From: a virus
Taxonomy: Duplodnaviria; Caudoviricetes
Length of the DNA stretch: 36,501 nucleotides
Reading direction: 5' to 3' (one strand)
Virus record (IMG/VR): IMGVR_UViG_3300020044_000427
Coordinates: 1 to 36,501 of that record
The notes below the pieces were generated by a model, which searched no databases, was not told the DNA's origin, and saw nothing but the letters and a program-made list of their open reading frames with translations. The position numbers and the translations under genes were made by a program. Shown in pieces: positions 26,562 to 34,592 of the stretch; position 1 is the first letter of the stretch, and each line of letters opens with the position of its first letter.

Positions 26562-27748
26562 CAGAGACCTCCGTGACCGTTAGAGCAGGCTGCCAAAGAC
26601 CCTCGTGGAGTCGTGAGGTCACCAAAATCAACTGCGTTACCCAACGACGCAATAGTCACGTACTGGATTACATTTTGCTCGCCCCCGCTGGTGTTGCCTC
26701 CTCCAAATGTAACCCTAGTCGGTGAAGAGCACGCGGACAACCACGTTGAACCGCCGAGTAGATCACCGAAGTCTAGCGCGTTACCCGTGGTGGCGATTGT
26801 TACGTACTGGATAACATTATTGCTATTGACGAACCCACCACCAATAATACCCCGAGTTGAATTAGAAGCGGCGGCGCTAGCGCGTGGAAACAACAATGTC
26901 TGCCCAAAGTCAGTGCTATTTCCTGTAGTGGCTATAGTTATAAACACGATATTATTGACGTCGGAACCGCCCCGCTCCCCGCTTATAGAAAGCCCTCGGG
27001 TAGTTGATGCACATCCGCTACTTCCAGCGGTACCTCCAGCTGGTAGCTGACCAAAAAAGATGCTGCTCCCCGTAGATGCTATAGTTATATATTCAAAATT
27101 GGCAGTTATGAAGCCGCCGGATATATACCCCGTCGAAAACACCCCACGCGTGCCGTTGGATACCGCCGAAAACTGTTGGGTCTGGTTTGTTAAATCTCCA
27201 AAGTCCACTGCGTTCGCGGGTACTGTAATCGACACATAGCATATAGTGTTCGTGTAGGACGGGTTTGCACCTCCAGCCCACACACCCCGTGTAGAGGACG
27301 AACAGCTAGCCGAGTAATTAACTGTCTCAAGCAGGTCACCAAAGTCAGTAGCGTTTCCGGTAGTCGAAAGCGCAATTCGGTCTATTACGTTACTAAAAGC
27401 TCCGCCACCAAAGAGGCCAAAAACGGCTGTCGGGGAGACGCTGGCGCTAGGTGCACTGTTTTCCGAGACGCCGAAAGTGTTAATCGCAGTGACTGTAAAC
27501 GTGTAGCTTGTGTCATTGGTTAGTCCAGACACCGTAACCGGGGAGATAACCCCGGTCCCCGTAAAGTTTCCGGGACTACTCGTTATAACGTAGCTGGTTA
27601 TAGGCGTCCCCCCCTGCCGCGTAGGGGCAGTAAAAACTACGCTAGCTGAAGCATTCGCAGGGTACGCCACAACCCCCGTAGGCGCGTACGGGGTCACGAG
27701 AGGATTAAGTCCTACGCTAAGGTTAGCTGCCGGAAACCGCTTAGACAC
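26561..27748 (-). CDS. FN3 domain plus kelch-like 6-repeat beta-propeller tail protein 1
   Basis: Probable GTG start 27748; FN3 pattern APTGVVA...FTAP..GGTPITSY...GLTNDTSYTFTVTAIN; six repeats; ends SNGHGGL. Confidence 0.8.
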   Translation of the reverse strand: MSKRFPAANLSVGLNPLVTPYAPTGVVAYPANASASVVFTAPTRQGGTPITSYVITSSPGNFTGTGVISPVTVSGLTNDTSYTFTVTAINTFGVSENSAPSASVSPTAVFGLFGGGAFSNVIDRIALSTTGNATDFGDLLETVNYSASCSSSTRGVWAGGANPSYTNTICYVSITVPANAVDFGDLTNQTQQFSAVSNGTRGVFSTGYISGGFITANFEYITIASTGSSIFFGQLPAGGTAGSSGCASTTRGLSISGERGGSDVNNIVFITIATTGNSTDFGQTLLFPRASAAASNSTRGIIGGGFVNSNNVIQYVTIATTGNALDFGDLLGGSTWLSACSSPTRVTFGGGNTSGGEQNVIQYVTIASLGNAVDFGDLTTPRGSLAACSNGHGGL

Positions 27749-27758
27749 CGAGCGATGC

Positions 27759-28154
27759 CTAACTAAGTTCTTCGTAGCTGACGCTGTAAGTAATCTGACC
27801 GGCGGTACCAGAAGTGACGGTGATGCTGGTGCCCTCTTCAAGATAAAGGCCAGTTGTCTTGTCAACCACAATTAACGAGGCGTCAGCAGGTACCGAAACC
27901 GTAGAGGCAATCGGGAAGGCCGTGCCGCCTGATGGGGCTGACCCCTGCGCTACCGCGCCGTTGGTGTAGATTGACACCGTTGCGTCAACGGCGTTCGTAC
28001 CATTAATATTGGCGGCCACAACCTGATTGATCTTCAGCACCGTATTAGATGCCGCCGCGTTCCGTACCAGAACAAGGGCCACCGTGCCTCCCGGTGTTAA
28101 GTACGTTGTCTTACCCGTAATCGTTGTGAGTGATGCTATATTCGGCGCTGCCAC
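27759..28154 (-). CDS. Tail-fibre-associated small beta-sandwich protein
   Basis: MAAPNI...IASTVSVPADASLIV...YLEEG...SYEELS; AAGGAG RBS. Confidence 0.65.
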   Translation of the reverse strand: MAAPNIASLTTITGKTTYLTPGGTVALVLVRNAAASNTVLKINQVVAANINGTNAVDATVSIYTNGAVAQGSAPSGGTAFPIASTVSVPADASLIVVDKTTGLYLEEGTSITVTSGTAGQITYSVSYEELS

Positions 28155-28171
28155 GTCAATATCTCCTTAAA

Positions 28172-29038
28172 CTACAGCCCGAAAACCAACGCCAATGCGG
28201 TAGCGCGTGCTTGCGATACCCCTGACGAGGACGGTGCTTGTGAAACCCATGTCGTACCATTGCTGACCAATACGTTGCCATTGGTGCCCGGCGCAACAGT
28301 TTGAAGCGCGCTTGTACCATTACCCAAGAGGACGTTGTTCGTCGTCAATGTGGTAGCACCCGTACCACCGTTGGCAACAGGGAGAGTGCCAGTTACGTTT
28401 GTTGCAAGGTTGACCGTCGATAAATATCCACTCGGGTTGGCATCACTGTAGGGTGTAAAACCAAGAGCAGTAGTCACCTGCCCCGACGTTAAAGCCAGCG
28501 TACCCCCAAGGGTCAAAGACCCCGACGTTGTAATTGAGCCTGTAAGTGTAAGCCCACTAACAGTTCCCGTCCCACTTACCGACGTTACCGTACCAGTATT
28601 AGAGGTAAACCCGCTTGGGTTAGCCGCCGGATACGCACCGAGAGACGTCAGAGCAGCGCCAGCGGTCGTGGCGTTTGTACCACCATTGGCGATGGGGAGT
28701 ACTGCAGAACCTGCGGCGATAGCCGAGCCGTCTTGATACACCGATCTTTCTGCAGGGTATGTAAGGAACACATCCTTGGTGCCCGCAGCAAAGTCTACAA
28801 GCGAACCAGCATTACTGGACTCAAGAACCGTATCACGGGAAAGCGTAGGGCCAGCACCGAGATACGTACCGATACCAACTTCCCACTGATTATCCACATT
28901 GATCGTATAGTACGTCGTGTTAGCGTTGCCGACTACGGAGAAAGACTGGTAGCCGGGTACGGCCCCAGCAAGGGTTATAGTCCCCGTACCAGTGGTAGTA
29001 GTAGTCTCCCGAACGCGATCAGCAACGACTAAAGGCAT
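28172..29038 (-). CDS. Tail fibre protein
   Basis: ADRVRETTTTTGTG N-terminus, WEVGIGT, LP[IV]ANGGT repeats, GTVTSV, ANPSG repeats. Confidence 0.75.
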   Translation of the reverse strand: MPLVVADRVRETTTTTGTGTITLAGAVPGYQSFSVVGNANTTYYTINVDNQWEVGIGTYLGAGPTLSRDTVLESSNAGSLVDFAAGTKDVFLTYPAERSVYQDGSAIAAGSAVLPIANGGTNATTAGAALTSLGAYPAANPSGFTSNTGTVTSVSGTGTVSGLTLTGSITTSGSLTLGGTLALTSGQVTTALGFTPYSDANPSGYLSTVNLATNVTGTLPVANGGTGATTLTTNNVLLGNGTSALQTVAPGTNGNVLVSNGTTWVSQAPSSSGVSQARATALALVFGL

Positions 29039-29047
29039 TGGTTTTCC

Positions 29048-29518
29048 TTATACGATACGGATAATAGCGGTGGTATTAGAAGCCGTTGGGAAGATGATGG
29101 TGAAGTCACCGTCCGTTGAGGTTTTATCCGAGCCAAAATCCAAAGTAGCTACTGCAGCGTTCGTCAGCGTAGCCCCAGCGTTAGAAAGCGCCGAAGGTGT
29201 GGTGTTATAAATAAGCGCGCCACGTGCGGTAATGGTCGAGTTAGCGAAGGTTAGGTCGGAGAAGTCCGTGAAACCCGTGCCTGAAGACGCACTGTTGTTA
29301 GACGTAACGACGCCCAGATTGACGAGCGTACCGCCACCAGCAGTGTAGTTAGTGCCTGTAACTTCGTTCGACGCAGTGTATGCTGTCGTGTTCGCATCAA
29401 TCGAAGCGGACGAAGTATATAGCGCGAGCTTGAAAGTATCACCGCTTACGCGGAAGTCGTGTACGGCTAGCATAAGCTCGGCCTTAAACGATGTGGTCAT
29501 TGCTTGAGTAATTGCCAT
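29048..29518 (-). CDS. Virion structural (tail) protein
   Basis: MAITQAMTTSFKAELM, FKLALYTSSA, TARGALIYN, LDFGSDKTS conserved phage pattern. Confidence 0.7.
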   Translation of the reverse strand: MAITQAMTTSFKAELMLAVHDFRVSGDTFKLALYTSSASIDANTTAYTASNEVTGTNYTAGGGTLVNLGVVTSNNSASSGTGFTDFSDLTFANSTITARGALIYNTTPSALSNAGATLTNAAVATLDFGSDKTSTDGDFTIIFPTASNTTAIIRIV

Positions 29519-29530
29519 CTTAAGGCCTCC

Positions 29531-29815
29531 TTATGTATCGAGTATAGCGGTTAGCTCTGGATGCCCCGCCTGCTTAAATTTGTTCACCAGAGTTACGTTA
29601 TGGGACCGCACGGCCTCATGCATATAGTGCACAAGCACGGCACGGATGCTATCTTTGAAGGCTTCAGCTTGGTCACGAATGGCGGGGTGCGCTGCGCTAC
29701 CTACGTAGATAATCTTATCCAGCGCACGCTCGGCAACTTCTTCCGGCGTAGAACCACGGCCCTCGGTAGCCATAACCATGACGTTACCAATAGTGCCTGA
29801 AACGGGGTCAAACAT
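29531..29815 (-). CDS. Conserved hypothetical phage protein (94 aa)
   Basis: AGGAG RBS; GRGSTPEEVAE...IRDQAEAFK. Confidence 0.7.
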   Translation of the reverse strand: MFDPVSGTIGNVMVMATEGRGSTPEEVAERALDKIIYVGSAAHPAIRDQAEAFKDSIRAVLVHYMHEAVRSHNVTLVNKFKQAGHPELTAILDT

Positions 29816-29824
29816 CTATATCTC

Positions 29825-30505
29825 CTACCCTACCGGATACCGGACTTGTGGTGTCCGGTACATATCTTGACGGTTTTTGCCTTCGCCAAGCTGTTTGAGC
29901 ATACCCATCGCTTCCGAATACCGTTTCTGATACTCAGCGTTGATGTCCTGCTCGCCCTTCATGAAGATATACGCCTCAATAAGCGCACCATAAAGCAACG
30001 CACTGTCGAAGTTATCACCCAACCACGACGTACCCGCAGTCACAATCGACTCTGGGTAGTAGAAGTAATGTAGTTCGACTGCATAGTTAGCGTCCGGCGT
30101 CGGCCCCAAAATGTACGAGTTCTCGTCAAAGTAGGCGTAGTGCGTGGGTATACCTGTCGTAGCCGGATTAGGGAACGACTGCCGGATGTAGCTCACATCC
30201 TTGTTGAGTAGGTACTCATAGCGTCCAGTAGCGTCGATAACAGCCATGGAGAAGTTAGCCAGCCAGTCTGAAGGCACCGAAAGATACTTGTTACCTGACG
30301 TCATATTACCCGTCACGTTCTTACGTAGGTCAAGCAGCTGCACCGTGTTAAAGATGCGCTGCTCAGCCTGTTCGATAAACGTGTTGATCTGTTCGGCAGA
30401 CGTAAACGTCACCGGAGTGGAGCCGTCAGAGCCGGTCCATGAGGTGTTGGGGAAGTCGTTTTCGACGTACCCCTTGATTGTCTCGAACAGTTCAGCGTAA
30501 TTCAT
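29825..30505 (-). CDS. Head-tail adaptor / tail tubular protein
   Basis: INTFIEQAEQRI, LGPTPD..Y.VELHY, ALLYGALIEAY pattern of phage adaptor proteins. Confidence 0.7.
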   Translation of the reverse strand: MNYAELFETIKGYVENDFPNTSWTGSDGSTPVTFTSAEQINTFIEQAEQRIFNTVQLLDLRKNVTGNMTSGNKYLSVPSDWLANFSMAVIDATGRYEYLLNKDVSYIRQSFPNPATTGIPTHYAYFDENSYILGPTPDANYAVELHYFYYPESIVTAGTSWLGDNFDSALLYGALIEAYIFMKGEQDINAEYQKRYSEAMGMLKQLGEGKNRQDMYRTPQVRYPVG

Positions 30506-30705
30506 TATGCCAACTTCTTGCTGCTATGCGTGCCCTTAGTCGCCGCACCCGTACCGCGAGTTTTCACAGTCTGAGTGTTAGCTACTTTATTAGGGTAGCC
30601 GTTGTTGCCCATATCAACCGTGTAGTTCATTGGTTGTTTTGCACGCGATGGAAGCGGGTTTTCACCTGCACCAAGAAACGGCCAACCTGTGTTATCCTTA
30701 GCCAT
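30505..30705 (-). CDS. Small basic protein (66 aa)
   Basis: Likely ATG 30705; C-terminal KTRGTGAATKG motif shared with neighbouring basic proteins. Confidence 0.6.
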   Translation of the reverse strand: MAKDNTGWPFLGAGENPLPSRAKQPMNYTVDMGNNGYPNKVANTQTVKTRGTGAATKGTHSSKKLA

Positions 30706-30706
30706 A

Positions 30707-30916
30707 TTAGATACCCTTCTTAGGTACGCTACGTACAGATTTCTTCTGGTTTGCGACTTTAGCAAGATTGCGGCCCATAGCACCCATTTGTGCGTTGGTC
30801 TTGCCGCCCTTGGCCATCTTAGTCAGGGGTTTGCCCTTGTGCATTGCGCGCTCGTGCTTGTGCACGGCCTTCGCTGCAGTGGCTTTATCCTGCTTCATAT
30901 CTTTCTTATCCATCAC
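30707..30916 (-). CDS. Small Lys-rich protein with MAKGG motif
   Basis: 69 aa; AVHKHERAMHKGK, KMAKGGK. Confidence 0.7.
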   Translation of the reverse strand: MMDKKDMKQDKATAAKAVHKHERAMHKGKPLTKMAKGGKTNAQMGAMGRNLAKVANQKKSVRSVPKKGI

Positions 30917-31308
30917 TAATTCTCCGTCTCGATTGTTACGGTCCCTACTTGACCATTACCTAATAGCGTATTTGGAAGACCAAATAAACCCAAAGGATTA
31001 TCTAATCCAACAGGGTTCCATCCCCACTGAATTACACGGCTACCATCGCTTGGGTTGTTATTTGGGTTAAGGCCCGATTGGTAATAGCTGTTGTCTGGGC
31101 GTGGGTCGCGTAGTGCCTGTGGGTCATCCACGGGATACATACCCAACTGAAGCTGGGGCTGATCTGGTTCCCAGCAAGTGGGGCATACAAGGATGTTGAC
31201 ATTCTTGGTCTTAATGACGAGCCGCTTGAGTTCCTTCAGCTTGTACCGAAAGTTACAGCGGTCGCACTGGGCGATTGCCCATTTACCAGATGCAAACCGA
31301 TTAGGCAC
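30916..31308 (-). CDS. Zn-finger-like protein (CxxC...CxxC)
   Basis: CDRC and CPTC; DPQALRDPRPD. Confidence 0.7.
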   Translation of the reverse strand: MPNRFASGKWAIAQCDRCNFRYKLKELKRLVIKTKNVNILVCPTCWEPDQPQLQLGMYPVDDPQALRDPRPDNSYYQSGLNPNNNPSDGSRVIQWGWNPVGLDNPLGLFGLPNTLLGNGQVGTVTIETEN

Positions 31309-31311
31309 AAA

Positions 31312-32022
31312 TCACCGGAAATACTGACGAGGTGCGATGCGCAATGGCGCTTTCTCACGGTCCTCATCAGCAGCCTGTTGCCAGAGTTCTTCGTATTCAG
31401 CCTTCAACATCTGGCTGCGCTCAAGCGCGCCGGGAACCTTCAAGGATAGGTGATACGCGAGACCAGCCACCAAACAAGGGAGGAACCTAAACGGTATATC
31501 TTGCGTAGTAACACCATCACCAGCATCCTGTAAGCGGCGCAAGCGCCAGTAAACAAAGGTATAATAGTTGCTCTGGTCTGGGGCTGGCCACACATTAATC
31601 TGCGGTTCTTTCACACCAGTAACCGGATAGTCTGCACCTGACTGGCGGTTGATCCACACTTGGATAGGCCGACCCTGCGCGTTCTTGTTTGGAATAGTCG
31701 AGTATGTGTCGATGCTGATACGGCTAATAGTGATGTCGGTTTGCTGCTGCCCAGTCTGGGTGCGCACGACATGCTCAAGTAGGTCTATGGTATCTACAGG
31801 TAGGTCATAGACAATCTGCCCCTGAACCATAGGGATCGAACCTTGCTCGATGGTCCACAGGTTAATACCACGGTTAGCCCACTCAATGGTAAGCAGGTTC
31901 AAACTACGACGTGCAGTGCGTAAGTCATAGCCCGTGCGAAGCTCAGCCCCGCAACGCTCAAAAGCCTCTTCGACTAGGTCGTTGAGGTTAAGATTAAATG
32001 TGCTGGTTCCGCTAGTGGTCAT
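31312..32022 (-). CDS. Head completion / head-tail connector protein
   Basis: EEAFERCG, ARRSLNLL..EWANRG.NLW, VWPAPD, FLPCLVAGLAY. Confidence 0.7.
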   Translation of the reverse strand: MTTSGTSTFNLNLNDLVEEAFERCGAELRTGYDLRTARRSLNLLTIEWANRGINLWTIEQGSIPMVQGQIVYDLPVDTIDLLEHVVRTQTGQQQTDITISRISIDTYSTIPNKNAQGRPIQVWINRQSGADYPVTGVKEPQINVWPAPDQSNYYTFVYWRLRRLQDAGDGVTTQDIPFRFLPCLVAGLAYHLSLKVPGALERSQMLKAEYEELWQQAADEDREKAPLRIAPRQYFR

Positions 32023-32414
32023 CGGTATTTAGCTGCCTTCTTCGCTATGGCCTTCGGCTGCTTAACGAACTGTTTGCCCGCCTTAATGCCTGCGCGTTTC
32101 GCCTTACTTGTAGCAGAGTATTCCTGCGAACTCAAAGCCTCACGTGCTTTCTTAGGTAAGTAGCGCTCGCCCGTAGCTTTCTTGCCCTGCGTAGACGGCT
32201 TGCCCGACTTGGTTCCCCAGTCTTCCTTGGTCCATTTGGACAGAGACTTCTGAGCTTCCGTCTTCGGACCGCTATAGCCACCGCCAGACTTCTTGTACCG
32301 CTGCGTAGCAAGCTGAGCTTTTCTCGCGGACCATTGCCCCGGATTGCCGCCTTTGTCGCCAGCTTTTACACTAGCGACAATGCGTTTCCATTTGGGTTCG
32401 TCCGACCGGGCCAT
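32019..32414 (-). CDS. Basic protein resembling the DUF5872 family (recalled, not searched)
   Basis: KGGNPGQWSARKAQ, KKSGGGY, KWTKEDW, ERYLPKKA. Confidence 0.65.
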   Translation of the reverse strand: MARSDEPKWKRIVASVKAGDKGGNPGQWSARKAQLATQRYKKSGGGYSGPKTEAQKSLSKWTKEDWGTKSGKPSTQGKKATGERYLPKKAREALSSQEYSATSKAKRAGIKAGKQFVKQPKAIAKKAAKYR

Positions 32415-32704
32415 TACTTCTTCTTGAAGCCCTTAAGCATCTGCGCAAACCGTGCACGCTGACCTAGCTTACCGGGGGCCTTAGCGGCCTTAGCAAGCTT
32501 ACCGGCTGGGATCGGCTTACCCTTCTTGGCACCAAGTGCCGAGCGCAGTGCACCCGGCTTCTTGATCGCTTTGGAGATGTCAAGCTTCGCCTTACCGCCC
32601 TTAGCATACACAGCCACCTCGTCGGGGTTATCCTTACGGCGGATTGTCTTTTTACCCGGCATTTTGGAAGGGTTTATGGCCCCCATACCCCGACAAGCGC
32701 GCAT
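32414..32704 (-). CDS. Small Lys-rich protein with YAKGG motif
   Basis: MRACRGMGAI segment, YAKGG, then AIKKPGALRSALG segment. Confidence 0.7.
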   Translation of the reverse strand: MRACRGMGAINPSKMPGKKTIRRKDNPDEVAVYAKGGKAKLDISKAIKKPGALRSALGAKKGKPIPAGKLAKAAKAPGKLGQRARFAQMLKGFKKK

Positions 32705-33771
32705 TACTTACGTGCCCCTTTGCAACGGGTCTTACCCTTAGTAGCAATACCGTCAATCCCACGAACGGAGCCACCCTTAGCGTAGCAAGCACCGCCCTTG
32801 TTCATCTTGACCTGCTTGCCTTTGGTGAGACCCTTTTTGGCAACGCCGTTAGCAGCTTTGTGTCCGCTAGTAAGACCACCCGCAGCAAACTTTTTCGCCG
32901 CTTTCATAGAACCGCCCTTTGCGGCTTTCTTAGGTACAAGGCTATTCATACGCGCTAGAATGCTCTGTATCGCCGCCTGATGCTGCGCTGGGGTACTGCG
33001 ATTATCCATCTGGAGCTTACGCAATTCACCTTGCGCCCGAGTAATTTCTTTCAGTGGTACGCCCTGATTAAGGAAGTTCCGAGAAACAGAGCTAAAATCC
33101 CTAGTAGACTGATTGCGGTCAAAATTTGCGGGAGTGCTTGCTTGGGTAGTGGGATTAGCAGTAGCCGACGCATTCCTGTTTGGCGTAGCCGAACTGTACT
33201 TCGCCTGAAGAATAGCTTGCGCGTTGTGTGCGCGGCGTTCTGCATCAGTCCCCTGAGTAGTAGCCGACATGCCCGGACCCACAGTGGGCCGTGCCGCAGT
33301 ATTAGCCGCTGGTGGTGCAACCGAAGTAGTAGTGGGCCGTGCAGCGGTATTAGCCGCTGGCGGTGCAGTGTTTGATGCTGCTGGTGGCGCGGTGTTTGTC
33401 GTTGCTGGTGGCATAGTGGACATACCACCCACAGCCATTTTCTTGACCTTGCCGCCTTTTGCGTAGCCTTTGCCGCCATCGGCCTTCTTGACCATTGCAC
33501 GACCCTTGGTGTCAGCAGACTTCTTCATCATCGCAGCGCCAAACTTAGTTGCCGCAAATGACTTAGCTTTGCCACCATTCTTCAAACCGCATGACGCCGT
33601 TTTCCCACCTTTAGCCATACCCGGCTTAGCATTGCGCTTTTCCAGTTCCTTAAGGAACTCTTTACGCTCTGGGGTCAACGGTACGGTGTTTGCACCGCCA
33701 GTGATTGGTTCTTTCGGCGTTGGCCTGCTTGACTGGCTACCGCCTGTCTTTGGCTTTTTCTTATCCATCAT
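32704..33771 (-). CDS. Lys-rich, multi-GG-motif low-complexity protein (355 aa)
   Basis: Nine xxxGG motifs flanking a Pro/Ala/Thr-rich insert; coupled start and stop with neighbours. Confidence 0.7.
   Translation of the reverse strand: MMDKKKPKTGGSQSSRPTPKEPITGGANTVPLTPERKEFLKELEKRNAKPGMAKGGKTASCGLKNGGKAKSFAATKFGAAMMKKSADTKGRAMVKKADGGKGYAKGGKVKKMAVGGMSTMPPATTNTAPPAASNTAPPAANTAARPTTTSVAPPAANTAARPTVGPGMSATTQGTDAERRAHNAQAILQAKYSSATPNRNASATANPTTQASTPANFDRNQSTRDFSSVSRNFLNQGVPLKEITRAQGELRKLQMDNRSTPAQHQAAIQSILARMNSLVPKKAAKGGSMKAAKKFAAGGLTSGHKAANGVAKKGLTKGKQVKMNKGGACYAKGGSVRGIDGIATKGKTRCKGARK
33283..33367. repeat. Imperfect 37-bp direct repeat, period 48, encoding APPAANTAARPT
   Basis: agtgggccgtgccgcagtattagccgctggtggtgca vs agtgggccgtgcagcggtattagccgctggcggtgca. 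Confidence 0.85.
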
Positions 33772-34016
33772 GACTTTGTCCTTCCTATCTCTTCTACCTT
33801 AGCTTCAAGACGTTCAAAGGCCCGATCAAACCGGTCCCCTAACCTATCGACCATCGTATTCATCTCACTACGTGTGACATGGTCACGTGCCACTTCTTCA
33901 CGGGTTTTGTTGAGTAGGATGCCGAGACGATCCAACTCGTCGATCTTGCCTTTAAACAAGAAGCCCATGATTGCCACCGTTGCGCTTAGTGCGATGTTCC
34001 ATACCATCATCTCCAT
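33768..34016 (-). CDS. Small protein with N-terminal TM helix and coiled coil (82 aa)
   Basis: MEMMVWNIALSATVAIMGFLF then charged helix KTREEVARDHVT...LEAKVEE. Confidence 0.7.
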   Translation of the reverse strand: MEMMVWNIALSATVAIMGFLFKGKIDELDRLGILLNKTREEVARDHVTRSEMNTMVDRLGDRFDRAFERLEAKVEEIGRTKS

Positions 34017-34017
34017 G

Positions 34018-34272
34018 TCAGCACTTCCAAGCCCGGAGTGACTTGTTGATGCGGCTGTTAGGGTCATTTGCGGTCTTCTTCGATGTGAGCTTCTTCTTCA
34101 TCCCAGACATCCGAGCGCAGAATGACTTCTTACGTGGGCCACCTTCAGGCTGGGGTGCCTTGAGACCGGGCTTACCCGGATTGGCTTTGTTGTAAGACGC
34201 ACGACCCTTGGCGTTCAGCCCGCCAGACTTCGCTTTGCCTTCTTTGCGTGTCCAAGCGGGCGTCTTAGCCAT
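34018..34272 (-). CDS. Small highly basic conserved phage protein (84 aa)
   Basis: MAKTPAWTRKEGK..GGLNAKGRASYN...SFCARM...SLRAWKC. Confidence 0.75.
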   Translation of the reverse strand: MAKTPAWTRKEGKAKSGGLNAKGRASYNKANPGKPGLKAPQPEGGPRKKSFCARMSGMKKKLTSKKTANDPNSRINKSLRAWKC

Positions 34273-34592
34273 CAGACGAACCGTCCTTTCGTCTTACCCT
34301 TGGTAGCGCAGCCGTCGGCACGCTTCGAAGCAGTTGAGCCACCCTTGGCCATTTTCTTGACCTTGCCGCCCTTACGCATCGTAGGCTCGTTTTCTTCCCC
34401 TACCAAGGGACGAGTGCCTTTTTTCTCTTTCTCTTTCTCTTCGTCTTTGTCGCGGGCGCTTTTAGCGAGGTACGACATAGGAAGAAGCATACCCATACCC
34501 GAGTCGGCCAGCTTGGCCATACCTTTACCGAACATGCCCTTACCGGTTAGCGCCCCTGCGAGCGGCGAAATGTCACCTAACTTAATACCCAT
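34272..34592 (-). CDS. Small basic protein with MRKGG/MAKGG motifs (106 aa)
   Basis: C-terminal KKMAKGGSTASKRADGCATKGKTKGRFV. Confidence 0.7.
   Translation of the reverse strand: MGIKLGDISPLAGALTGKGMFGKGMAKLADSGMGMLLPMSYLAKSARDKDEEKEKEKKGTRPLVGEENEPTMRKGGKVKKMAKGGSTASKRADGCATKGKTKGRFV

Noticed and set aside
24589-27420. Propeller repeats as a CRISPR array or DGR template/variable repeats
   Set aside because: Repeats are in-frame, degenerate protein repeats; no constant DNA repeat-spacer pattern, no adenine-specific pair, and no reverse transcriptase or cas gene in the window
27749-27871. Longer N-terminus given for propeller 1
   Set aside because: Overlaps the upstream gene by over 100 bp; GTG 27748 gives an N-terminus resembling the paralog
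28172-29038. IANGG/VANGG and the propeller FxGG motifs as copies of the GG tag
   Set aside because: They belong to LPxANGGT fibre repeats and kelch-like blades with different spacing and context
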